A stretch of DNA of 62,964 nt, filler included, from Nemertoderma westbladi (lineage: Eukaryota > Animalia > Xenacoelomorpha): the NCBI GenBank assembly GCA_032718475.1. It is 3 parts of 3 records of this genome, joined end to end, with 100 filler letters (N's around TTAATTAATTAA, not from the genome) between each part and the next. Parts side by side here need not be neighbours in the genome. Positions count along the whole stretch, not along the records: positions 46,017 to 62,964 come from JAUCBJ010006288.1; 2 more parts are not named here. The stretch is one strand, 5' to 3'. The position numbers were made by a program, and so were the translations under genes. The stretch's first letter is position 1. Each line of letters starts with the position of its first letter. Below, piece by piece: positions 47,817 through 59,317 of this stretch. Below the pieces are notes generated by a model. It did no database searches. It was given only the letters and a program-made list of their open reading frames with translations, and had not been told where the DNA came from.

Positions 47817-48957
47817 CGGCAGTAGTGGCTATCGTTTCTAAAACATCCATGGAAGTTTGCAGTAACTTTGAGGTCACATCGAACACCTTGGAGGAGTGAC
47901 TTCCGTTTAATTTCATATTGTAAACGTTCTCTTCAGCAGTGTCAATGGAATCCTTCAGTTTGAACAGCTGTTTGAAATACTTAGCTGAGCCGGAGCGGCT
48001 GGAATCGGCGCCGAACCGGGGGTCGGCAAGACAGAGAAGTTCGTCGACGGTGAGCGAGGAACGAGCGCGGAACGTCCGACGGAGCCGTCCGTAACCGTGT
48101 CCGGGGTGCGGCGCGACGCGAGTCAACCCCGTGGACTCCGCCGCGCTGGTTCCCTCCAGGGAGACCACCACCGTCTCGTCCTTCAGGAAAACCTCCAGGA
48201 AAAAATGCCGGGTGAAACCGGTAACGCCGAAACGAGAAGTCTCGCTGATGACGTCACGAGTTACCAGGGCGACGCGATGTTGGTTCTCCGAGTGGGCGTT
48301 CACAACCGCTTTGAAGAAAGCGATTGTAGCGAGTTCCAATCGTCGCCACGTGGGGGCGCGCGGTTCTCCTCGAGCGAGGAGCCGCAGCAACGGGGCCCAG
48401 AAGGCGCGACGTTCGTGGCCATCGGATCCCAACCAATCCTGGACGCGAGGCAACTCCGCCAACCCGGCGAGGCCTTCAAGAACCGCGGCGGCCGACCGGA
48501 GTAGCGAATCCGACGGATTCTCGGAGAATCCCCGAAGGATGACGACGAGTTCCTCGAGGAAACCGACGTCGATCAGTCGGGAACTCGCCGTGCCGGACAC
48601 GCAGACGCGGAGAATCACGGACAGCGACAGCGGGTCGACGTCCCGGACCCCTCGGCACCCGCCGGAGTCCACGACGACCCCGGAGTTAGCGAGTAGAAGC
48701 GCGACAGTTTCGCTGTTCGCGTTCACGAACGAGCAGAGCGTGGATAATAGCGGCTCGACAAAACGGCCTTTTCGGCATCCGCGGAATAAGTTGGTGACCA
48801 ACTCAGGCGTGATGAGCGCCACCAAGGCCTCGGAACAAGGCTGCTGCTCGTAGGCGTCCCATAATGTTGACGCTACGCAATGAAGGGTACTCCCTCTAGG
48901 GGGCGCTGTAGAGGACATGCAGGGGTGGCAAACTCCAGCCAACCAATCAACAATCGT
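47817..48957 (-). CDS. BIRC6: BIRC6 (Bruce/Apollon) internal exon
   Basis: TIVDWL...LHCVASTLWDAYE...LLSTLCS, VQDWLGS...FWAPLLRLL, HSENQ, GFTRHFFLEVFLKDETVVV, HPGHGYG resemble BIRC6. Acceptor at 48959-58, donor G|GTAAGT at 47816. Confidence 0.85.
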
Positions 48958-49175
48958 CTAAAACAGTAAATAAGATTAAAATATTATAATAAAATTTTAG
49001 GATTTGTTGACGTATAAACTTATATATTTCAGTCCCACCTGATAGAAATCAACGAATGAGTGGAGGAATTAGTTCTTAATTGGTGATTTCGTTCCTTCGA
49101 ATAGAAAAAAGTACCATTTTCATATTTATGGGTTCTTGGAAAAATTTTAAAAAAATAAAATATGTATTTTTTTTA

Positions 49176-50342
49176 ACGATAAACCCCAGGAAGAGTGAGG
49201 TGTTCTTCCTGGGGCCAGAGACGAAGGAGTCACGCGCCCAGATACGTCGGGAGTTTGATACCATTTGCGCTGGCATCCAGTACCCGCCGTTGAACGGTTC
49301 GGCGCTGCCCACCGTGCCTGTCCAGCGCGCATGGATGGCCCCGGTACACGAGGAGTCCCTCGCAAGCATCCGTCGCGCAGCGTCGCAACTGAACCTCGCG
49401 CGGCTGAACTCGGTCGACGACCCCACAGCGGGCTGCTGGCTCGATGCCCTCCCCTGCGCCTCGTTGGGATTGGGGCTGAAACTAACCGACACCCAGTTCC
49501 GGATCGCCATCGCCACCCGGCTCGGGTGCAAGGTGGTGGAACCCCACACTTGTGACCATTGCGGTAGTCCAGTCGCCGCAGACGGCCTTCACGGTCTCTC
49601 CTGCCGGGGGAGTGCGGGCCGGCACCCCCGCCACACCATGATAAACAACTTGGTGAGGCGGGCACTGGTCAGCTGCGACATCCCGTCAGTCCTGGAACCC
49701 CCGGGTCTCTTCAGGAACGACGGGAAACGAGTGGACGGGGTGAGCCTCGCCCCTTGGAGCGGGGGACGAAGCCTTACTTGGGACGCTACGGTAGCCGACC
49801 CCCTCGCCCCCAGCCACCTCCAACAGACCCTCATCGCCGGCGGGCGCACAGCTGAGGAGGCAGAGCGGAGGAAACGCGCGATGTACGCCGAGCTGGAGCA
49901 GCGGGGCCTCCACATTTTTCATCCTGTGGCCTTTGAGACCCTCGGCCGCCCCGGCCCGGAGACTGCGGCCTTCCTCCGGGAGGTTGGCTCCCGAATGCAC
50001 GCGTTCACCCACGAACCCCGCTCACTCCGCTTCCTCCTACAGCGGATTCTGGTGGCCATTCTAGTGGGCAACGCGGCGTCTGTTATGGCGACGGGCGGTC
50101 CCTCTCCGGGTGACCTTTTCGATGGACCCTGAACTCTTTTCCTAACTTAATTAATTAATTCATTTTATAAAATCTGTGCCTAATTTATAAATAGAAAACT
50201 TGTTAATTATTCTATATTAATTGTTCAATTCGGTATTTGATATCCTTGTGTAGGATGAAGTTCCCCGTAATATCATAAAATACAGTAAATTTTTTGGTTT
50301 GAAAATTAATTAATACATTAATATGTAGAATAAAAAAAAAAA
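49176..50342 (+). mobile_element. 5'-truncated CRE-clade non-LTR retrotransposon (zinc knuckle and restriction-like endonuclease)
   Basis: WLDALP...FRIAIATRLG...CDHC...HGLSC...RH...EP...KRVDG...WDATV...AE..K..Y...FHPVAFETLG...GNA. GC-rich island, stop at 50132, A-tail near 50330. Confidence 0.85.
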
Positions 50343-51443
50343 TATGTATTTTATATATATATTATTATATATATTTCAACGATTATAAAATATCTAAAAT
50401 TTTCAAAAAGATTTAAGATAAAAACAGTATTTTTTTTAATAAATTTTTTTTAAATTAGTGGTAAAAATGTCACTCGATTGTGAAAATCAATATCACAGCA
50501 AGATTTGGGGTTTTTATTAATATTTTTATCAATATTTTTTTGCATAAAACTTATACAATTAAATTAAGAAGTTCATAAAAGTATATCCAACTTAATCCTT
50601 AACTTTGATCCTAGAAACCATGTCACACAAACCAGAAAGGAATTATTTAGGGTTCTCGCTTTTATTTCAAATAATTTATTGTAATCAGCATTCATTCATG
50701 TAGATTGTTAAATTATATTTATAATTATAACGATACAAAGTTTTTTCCGAATCCGAAGGAATAAAATGCGTCGGACTTGTGTTAGATAAACCGTTTCGTA
50801 ATCTACAGTAGTACCAAACATGACTACAGTATTCTAGAAAACAAGTAAATAAACCTTATTAAACGAATTGTCAAGGTGTTATAAATTAGAACACCTCTCC
50901 TCTATACCTAAAATACATAAATACTACCTAACAATCTCCTGGGATATAGCGTATTAATTCAGTGACACTAACTCCCCTATCTTTAGCTATACACACGAAC
51001 ATATTATAACTAAAAATATGTCTCAGTCGATATTGCGCAAGTAAACAGCGCACCGAAAATATAAATGACTCACCCAGTAAGGAGGTATGGGGAAGGTCAA
51101 ACTATCTCATTATGATTTGTAGAAAACTTAGAGGGAGGGGGGTGGGGGGGGGGGGGGGGATGTTGACAATGTTACTCAATTACGACACTATATTCCAGGA
51201 TATGGTGTTATACTATATACTATATGTATAGGCCTACTAAGTAACAAAAAATACAATACTTATAGTAACTTTTTCAATCCAATGCACAGAGGTACTAGAC
51301 TACAATAAGAACTCAGAAACTAAAGTAACTTGGACTTCAGCGCAATATGTTTTACAAATAATCTTGTGTTTATATACTCGACTAAATAATACAGAGGATA
51401 CCATGTTGTCCAGCTGTGAACAGGTTGCTTCTTTCATTTTATA

Positions 51444-52034
51444 CAGAGCGATTTTTATTTCTGTAGACCGTAAACGAATTGGGACATTATTAAAATATTA
51501 ATTAAATCAGATTATTATTAATTTTAAGATGTCTGCGCCTGGACAAACATTAGCCAATCTTTTAACTGGCTACATTTTGCGGTATTTGTTAATGGTTAGA
51601 TTTAAACAACTAACAATATCAGAATCTCTCGAAATAAGATATGTTATCATAATTCGGTGACACGGACACACGGAAATGTAACCGCGGGCGGAACTATAAG
51701 AACAAAATGTAGCCACGGGCGGAACTATAAGAACAAAATGTAGCCACGGGCGGAACTATAAGAACAAAATGTAGCCACGGGCGGAACTATAAGAACAAAA
51801 TGTAGCCACGGGCGGAACTCCCAACAAAAACGTCCAAAAAAAAAGTAATTCCCAAAATTAGCTAGTATAAAACTTTTGATGGGGAGTGAACGGTACGTAC
51901 CTATGACACACCAGTTCGGGACAGGGACCAACCAAAAATTAACGGTTTAGCAATTATCCTGATTCAATCATAGCCCTGGAAGCTTTAATGAAAATTAGTC
52001 TTCCATGACAAAACTAGCTGAAAAAATCGCCCTG
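51444..52034. mobile_element. Possible Tc1/mariner-type MITE containing a 31-bp tandem repeat
   Basis: TA-CAG(A/G)GCGATTTTT inverted ends. Internal (CGGGCGGAACTATAAGAACAAAATGTAGCCA)x4 at 51685-51818. Confidence 0.5.
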
Positions 52035-52124
52035 TATTAACTTTATACTTAACTTATTCTAACTTAACTTAACTTATACTAAGTCTTCATAAGTGATACT
52101 AAATACTAAATAAGGAGTATCACT

Positions 52125-53558
52125 ATGGCTACAATATCAGGCGTTGTAATGAGATCTGGGATACTCGACAAATTGGAATGTCTTTATTTGGAAGACGACG
52201 TTCTGCTCGAGCCTCTTAGAATTACGAATAATGCTAATGATTTCTATTATTGTTTCCCTCGGCATGTATTAAACAGGATACTGACCTTTAAACCCTTAGC
52301 AGTAATCGACTGGAGGGAGTCTGAGTCACCCGAGCGATGGTCTGCTGGGTGTGACGGAGGCAAAGAGAATGACTTACATGTCATAGACAATGTATCAAAG
52401 GTTACCTTTGATGCATCAACATATTCCGTATTAATTCAAAATAGACATTTTGGAAACAATGCGGTTCAAAGTAGTCAGTTTGGAGAAAGTGGAATATTTA
52501 TGGAATCTTATTCCATATATTTTGAGAATGAGGTAGAATTTGATGTCTTTCATAGGGAATATTACCAAAAATGGCTTCCCGTGAAATTTTCAGGAATCCA
52601 AATGGTCCCGATATCTGGAGGGAGTCTTGGTATCGTGCGGGTCAGAGACGGTGGACTCGTCCCTATTCCCGCATATGAAAGAGAAGGTACAGTGGTAGAA
52701 CGGGAATTCACCTTGGCTCCACACCATAGCGTATGTAAGATCGGTTGGAACATTAAGACACCACTTCTATTCACATACTTTAGGACAAATAGATACGTCA
52801 CGGAATGGTCGTTTTGGATCGTAAAATCAGATGAGATTAAAATTGATGAAAAAAAGAGTACAGTTGCTATTAAAAGAGACCATAAAAAATATAAGTTTCA
52901 CTTTAAAGAACCAGATCTGTGTAAAGAAAGCAGTGGTTCCTATAAGTTTCCCGGGCCACCTCCATATGGATCCATCGACGATTTTCGACTTATCGTTTGC
53001 GGGTTTCTCGACAGTTTACCGAGCGAATCCAAACCCATCACCGAACGGGTGACTTATTCACAAAAATTGCAACGTCTTCATAAAATTCTTGGCGCAGACA
53101 TACCAGAAGATAAGGTGATATTGACATATAAGAAACCTTCGTGTGAAAAATTCGCGTGTTTGTCTTCGGAGGAGAGTAGCAACCTTGACGTAACGGCCTT
53201 ATATAAAGGAAAACATGTGAGACCGATTAGCATCCCCGCTAAAGTGCGCAGGTACAAGAAATACAGGAGCATGATAAGCAATAATTACAAAGCACAAATG
53301 CTGGATGGAAGTGAGAAGACACCCATAGAGATTAATAGAGATACAAAGGTATGCAAAGAAGATGTTCTAAAACGAATCTACATTCTAGGAATTAGTAAAA
53401 TGATTCCCGTGATAAAAATCGAAAGTTCCGAAAGGAGTTATTTATGGTTTCTACAATACCTAAATACATTCCTGAGTCTCAAAATACACGAAGTAACTCA
53501 GGCAGTAATATGTGATGATTACACTCAAGCATTGATCAATCATATATGTAAGTCTTGA
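52125..53558 (+). CDS. Uncharacterised 477-aa intronless protein, possibly tandem PH-like folds; nested antisense in a BIRC6 intron
   Basis: Uninterrupted, non-repetitive 1434-nt ORF in AT-rich DNA. ATG in ACTATGG context. AATAAA ~30 nt after the stop. Confidence 0.75.
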   Translation: MATISGVVMRSGILDKLECLYLEDDVLLEPLRITNNANDFYYCFPRHVLNRILTFKPLAVIDWRESESPERWSAGCDGGKENDLHVIDNVSKVTFDASTYSVLIQNRHFGNNAVQSSQFGESGIFMESYSIYFENEVEFDVFHREYYQKWLPVKFSGIQMVPISGGSLGIVRVRDGGLVPIPAYEREGTVVEREFTLAPHHSVCKIGWNIKTPLLFTYFRTNRYVTEWSFWIVKSDEIKIDEKKSTVAIKRDHKKYKFHFKEPDLCKESSGSYKFPGPPPYGSIDDFRLIVCGFLDSLPSESKPITERVTYSQKLQRLHKILGADIPEDKVILTYKKPSCEKFACLSSEESSNLDVTALYKGKHVRPISIPAKVRRYKKYRSMISNNYKAQMLDGSEKTPIEINRDTKVCKEDVLKRIYILGISKMIPVIKIESSERSYLWFLQYLNTFLSLKIHEVTQAVICDDYTQALINHICKS

Positions 53559-54208
53559 TTATATATAATCCGTTTGTATAAATTCCTAAATAAATTCCAA
53601 AGGCAACTTTATTTGTGTATCTTTACTTTAGCTTCAGTATTTGAATTAATGATTATATATATTTTTTATCTTTGGCTCCACTATTAACCCCCCCCCCCCC
53701 CCCTCACATCCATCGAAAAGGTCACCCCATCGTCTGAAGCCAAATATGGTTAACTCGTGGAATTGTGTTCACATGACCTACCGTACGTATTTATAATGAA
53801 AGAATACCAGGGCCTCCCCACCTCAACACTAATTAAATAAAAATAATCTAACAACCCCCCATGTTCACAGATCATATGAATCAGATACATAGGATGAGTA
53901 TTTAATACGTATGATGTTAATAAAAAATAAACATGTGCTGTTTAAGCTAAAGTTCATTATAAGAGCTAGTCAAAAAATCTCTAATTATCAACGTAAATTA
54001 ATAACAATCACGAGATTTTAACAACGGAATTACATATTATACAGTAAATAAAATACTTTAGATAAATGCTCGTCCCTCGATCTATTAACCTGCTCGCTAC
54101 GCTCGTTCGGTAAATAAAGAATCTCAGGACGAACGATAAATTACGATATTATTTACCATACTATAAATATAGTTAGAATATTTTTACTGCTAAGAGAACT
54201 AAACATAC

Positions 54209-54388
54209 TTGGAGTATTGTAAAACGGGATTCATTGCGTTGTGTGCCAAGTAAATACAGCAATTCTAGAACTTGGGGAGTGGTCCTCATTTGGGAAAGTT
54301 TTCCACAGTAACCAGTGAGAATAGCGATGGTCATAGCAACGCCAATATCCGTTGAAACTGACGCCAGATGCAGTAGAAATTCTTGAAT
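54209..54388 (-). CDS. BIRC6: BIRC6 internal exon (180 nt; missed by ORF track)
   Basis: IQEFLLHLASVSTDIGVAMTIAIL...VLELLYLLGTQRNESRFTILQ. AG/GT boundaries, phase 0-0. Confidence 0.8.
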
Positions 54389-54937
54389 CTAAAAATATCA
54401 ACACTAAATATTAATATGTAGGTATAGATATTAACGTTGTAGGGAACTGGGTTTGTGGTTCTAACTTTAATCGTTTCGTAACCGCTTTAAACAGTGAGTA
54501 AAGAATGTTTGAGTTAGCTCTAATATAAGCGAAAATGGCAATTCTGATACACCCATTAGGGAGGAGGGATGCAACCCTATCCTGTATCAGTCGCGGGGGG
54601 GGGGGGGGGGGGGGTCCTCAATAAAGACACTATATTATGATAGTGTAATAAAGTAATGGTTATACTCGTCCAGACGAGAGAACATAATAGTAAATAAATA
54701 GTAGCAATTTAAGAAAAAGTTGTATCACTTAATTTCTATTAAAACATCGGAGAGGGAGAAGATAAGTTAAGATGGTTAAAAGTTATCCCCCCCGTGGTCG
54801 ACAAATCCAGCAGCGGCAATACGTTTTAAACGTAAAAATTGTGCCAGTGAAATACGAAACTTTGTAACGAAACTGAATTGAACAACTGGTTTATAAAGTT
54901 TAGTAGTTTATATAATTGAGTTTATGGATTTTGTTAC

Positions 54938-55070
54938 CTTTTCAGCGTAGGACTGTGCAGCAGGTTGAGAAAGTAAGTATAAAACAGAACCAGCCAATAG
55001 ATTGTGGGTTGCTATAGACTGCACTGATATAACAGACCAATCCAAACCGTGTAGGCAGTGGTACAGCAAT
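54938..55070 (-). CDS. BIRC6: BIRC6 internal exon (133 nt)
   Basis: (R)LLYHCLHGLD...ATHNLLAGSVLYLLSQP, cf. vertebrate WLRLLHHCL...TANLL. Phase 2-0. Confidence 0.82.
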
Positions 55071-56534
55071 CTGAATAATGAATTTATAGGACATAAACAA
55101 TATAGGAAAAGAGTAGGGGTCGAACTCTGTCCTGTCCGGTTGGTGTTGCAGGCATATTAGTGACAATTGCGGGGAGCGGACAGGGAGTTACAATCATCAA
55201 GATTTTAATTATAATAATTCATCACCCATCACCCCCCCCCCCCCCCCCCCCCCCTCAAAAAAAAAAAAGAAAAATGAGGTCAGATATTACCCCAGGTTTG
55301 CCCCAATGATCTGAAATGATTTTATTCGACAAGGGTTGAATAAAGTAAAATAAATAACTCCGCTGGGGTAAATAAGTAAATTTGTGTAATATTAAAGAAA
55401 AAAAAGCACAATTAATTGGCTTGGTAGTAAAAACTGAACTGAAACCCGCTAATTATCTCGCTGTTGATGGTGTAGTGTACTGCACAATATGTTTTATACA
55501 ATATGTTACTATTACTACATCCCTGTCCTCCAAACTCAATAGCATTGCTGAGTCCTGCCTGGGGTATCCCGTCATTAGTTCTAAAGTACTTCCAAGGGTA
55601 TTTATTGATGTAAATGTAGATTTGCTTCCTTTATTGCTATTTGTATAGAATCTTTTTAGTGGCTTTGTACTGTTGTAGAGAATAATGAAAAGGACAACCG
55701 ATGTGTTACCCGCTCCTTCCTTATTGGCTAATATATATAAATATAAATATATTAAATAAAAATAAATCTAAAAATATATATACAGTATATACATTATATA
55801 TAATAGCTCGTGTATAGGTCTACAAAAAGGCCATATATGTATGTGGCCATATATGGTAATAGCTTAGGAGGGAAGGGTTAAAACCCAGCCCTCTCATTGG
55901 TTTATCCATCCCTGTTGCCTTAATGGTAGAAGCTTTGTGCTTGAATGTGGGTGACTCATTCACAGTATTGAGTCTGTTATTCATTGTTGAATCGTTCTCT
56001 TACTTTTTAGATTATTATTTTGACTCTATTCTCGAGATATTTTATTTACCGAGCGCAGGGCGAGGTTAATAAAGAATCGAGAGCATAGTGAAAATATGTT
56101 CGACGTTATTTAACATGCAATACGTACAGTTATTATATTTTTAAATGGAACAATATTGTCACGACGTTATTTATATATTAGATTCATTTAGTGAATGTCA
56201 AGTTATAAGCATTATTACTGGAATGCTTTGTCAGAGGTCGATTCGATTGTACTACAGTATTGTACTGTTACTTGGCTTGGCTGACGTTGGACTTTTGAAT
56301 GATTCTGATCTGAATGCGTTGTCAAGCTGTAGTAAGGTAAGGTCTGTCCTTTTGAAAGTTATATAAGTTCGCCGAACACGTTCGGCGCAGCATTTCGACT
56401 TGTGCTAAAAAGAATATGCTATGCCGGGTTATGTACGCTGGATTACATCACTGCACCAGCACTGCCTGATTACAGGCTGATGTACTGTACTATCATCATA
56501 ACACACCAAACTGCCGAACAACTGTATATGGTTT

Positions 56535-57830
56535 GGTATACAGACGTTTCGGCCTAGGACGTTTCGGTCCAGGACGTTACGGCCCGGACATTTCGGCCCG
56601 GACGATTCGGCCCGGACGTTTCGGCCCATGACTGTAACCGAATGAAAAGGCCAACTTGTTTGATATGATAATAATTATTCATTAAAATTATGTCACTGTA
56701 TGTATTATTATATGTCACAATAACATACAAACACTTATGAAATATCTTTCATGAATTGGCTGTTTAATTTATTTCAATCAAAATAAAACAAACATTATGC
56801 ATGTGGTGCTCTGCCCCAGTATGTTTTGCGGCCGAAAAAATGCAAGTCAGAACAAAACGTTTGGTACCGAGTACCACATTGCTAATAAACTACTAAAGCG
56901 AATCAATTTCACGAACCATTTAGGGATTAAATCTCGTCTCATCGCTATATTTTGGAGATACTTCATTAATTTTAAACATTACTCAATTGATAATTATTGT
57001 AGCTGGACAATGTTTTGCAGCTATGTCTCAATGATCTGTTGAAACAATAACTCTCATCTCGATGATAGATTATTTATACCCATAGATAAAGACGTATAAT
57101 GCTTTTATTAATATATATTTTAATTCACTTCACATCCACTCTGGTCCTTTTAATACGCATATATTTCCTCTAAATTTAATACCCATATATTTCATCTAAA
57201 TTTAAATTTAATACGCATATATTTTATCTCATTCCATATGACATCCAGTCTGTCTCATAATTTAGCAATGCCCCTTTAATGGAATATTTCTTATCTATTA
57301 TATTTGTAAGTCTAACATTAAAATACAGTAGTAATTTTAATTCGGTGTATTTTAATGTACTTTATTTATTGACTCACATTTTACAATACGTATGTTTTTA
57401 ACTATTACTTTACCTTTATTACTTTACCTATTACCTTTACTATTACTTACTTTTAATTATCTAACTGTATTAACTAAAGTTAATTTGTCAGCATATGTTA
57501 TCTTTGTTCTAAGTTACAGTATGGTGTAAATTTATATTAATAAATAATAATAATAATAATATTACATTAGTTATTATTTATAAATATAATGTAGAACTTC
57601 GATCTTGACGTCTTTCAAACAGGTGTCGGAGCAGTTCCTACTGACAACTCCTCTTGTAACGAACGTTACAACTACAAAACAAATATATTGAATAACTTAT
57701 TATTAATAGCTGATTTAAGGGAGTAAAGTGAATCTTTGGGCCAAAACGTCCGACAAGCAAATCTTGTATTTCATTTATTGGGCCGAAACGTCCTAGGCCA
57801 AAACGTCTTAGACCGAAACGTCTGTTACCC
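56535..57830. mobile_element. Mutator-like non-autonomous element with 15-bp subterminal repeats
   Basis: 9-bp TSD ATATGGTTT (56526-34, 57831-39). GG..ACAGACGTTTCGG termini. Inverted GACGTTTCGGCC arrays at both ends. Confidence 0.85.
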
Positions 57831-58302
57831 ATATGGTTTGTTGGATTGAGCATATTTGAATTTACCTCTCCTTTATAAAGGATCTAGTTCGATTCATTCA
57901 TTGGTTGCCTACGCAAAAATTTACCTACGTGAAACTGCATAGCCTACGCGAAAAAGTCAAATCCGAATTAAATTACCTCCAGATTGATTTCAGAGTTTAA
58001 TGAAGACCATAATAATAAGATAAGAATAAAATTAAACCCTTTTATAGGAGTCCACATGGGCAAATGTATGCTATTACATTCCATTCAAAGACTACTATAC
58101 TCAGTATAGTAGTCAATTCCATTCCATTCTATCATATTCTATTCTCAACCAATAGCGGGACCGCGCTATCTGCTAGTAAGTAAAAATCCAACAACATACC
58201 GGTACAAAGGCCTATTCTCTAACACATACTGCAGTACTGGTAGCTAGCTATTTATATGTTAGGTACCGGTATTGAACCACTGATAATAATACCACATAAT
58301 AC

Positions 58303-58409
58303 TATAACTTTTTGGTGGGCACAGCTTTTGCAAAGTCGGCAGTGACGTCCAGGTGGGATCGAAAAAGCTGTGCAAGCTTTGCAAAAGCTGTGCCCAACAA
58401 AAAGTTATA
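58303..58409. mobile_element. 107-bp hairpin MITE
   Basis: 33-bp arms TATAACTTTTTG(G/T)TGGGCACAGCTTTTGCAAAG, flanked by direct repeat ATAATAC. Confidence 0.75.
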
Positions 58410-59317
58410 ATAATACTGATAATATGAAACCACTCATTCACCCATAACACCAATAATAACTGACTGACTGATAATACTGCTATACTGCTATCTGGCTATA
58501 GGCCTACCGGTAGTGTAATAATATATTACACTTACAGTATTAGGAATGCTGAATACCACAGTACCAGTGAATATAATACCGATAGGCCTACTTACAGTTT
58601 TTGTAATGATGCAGCCTAATAATTGCCGGTTTCATTTGGCGATTGCGTAGGCCTATTTCGAATGTTTTTGAAATTAAATTTTATGGTTACTGGTAGAGTG
58701 GACCGCACTGCCCAGGCCCACTGCCCCTGTAACCTGCTCCTTTCCCTCAATTGGTAACAATATTGTTTATTGTTTTGGTTAGAAAAACCCACCCTGCAGC
58801 CCTGTAACCTACTTTTCTCTTTCAATTGGTAACTTCTATATAAGTAGCTATTTTACTATTACTACAGTACTATTGGCTGATTGGCGAGTATTACTGGCGG
58901 GTACCACACCGATGACGAGTATTACTGGCGGGTACCACACCGATGATTCCCCCACAGAGTATCTGAGTATGGTTGTACCTGTATGGAGCGCTCCTCACTT
59001 CCATTCCATATCCATCTCCCATCCAACCCTTGGCTAACAGGCTAATGCTGTAATGACAGAATGGAACATAAGCCCACGTAAGACCCTGGAGTTGGAGTAT
59101 ATATTTATACATGCGGTACAGTTCCAACCCTTGTCTAATGGAACAAAATAAGCCCACATACATTTTCCCACTACCCTACCCCTACCGGTACTTTTGATAA
59201 GATTATACTTATAGAATAATACTGTAATAGTGAATAAAAGAATATCCCCCTGGCCTATATATTTCGTTATACTCTTATATTGTTAAAATAATTTGTGATC
59301 TTGAATTTAATTTTAAA

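Noticed and set aside
48097-48853. Plus-strand ORFs of 135 and 240 aa
   Set aside because: Antisense shadows of the GC-rich BIRC6 exon. The same applies to the small ORFs overlapping HTT, AHA1 and the CRE fragment.
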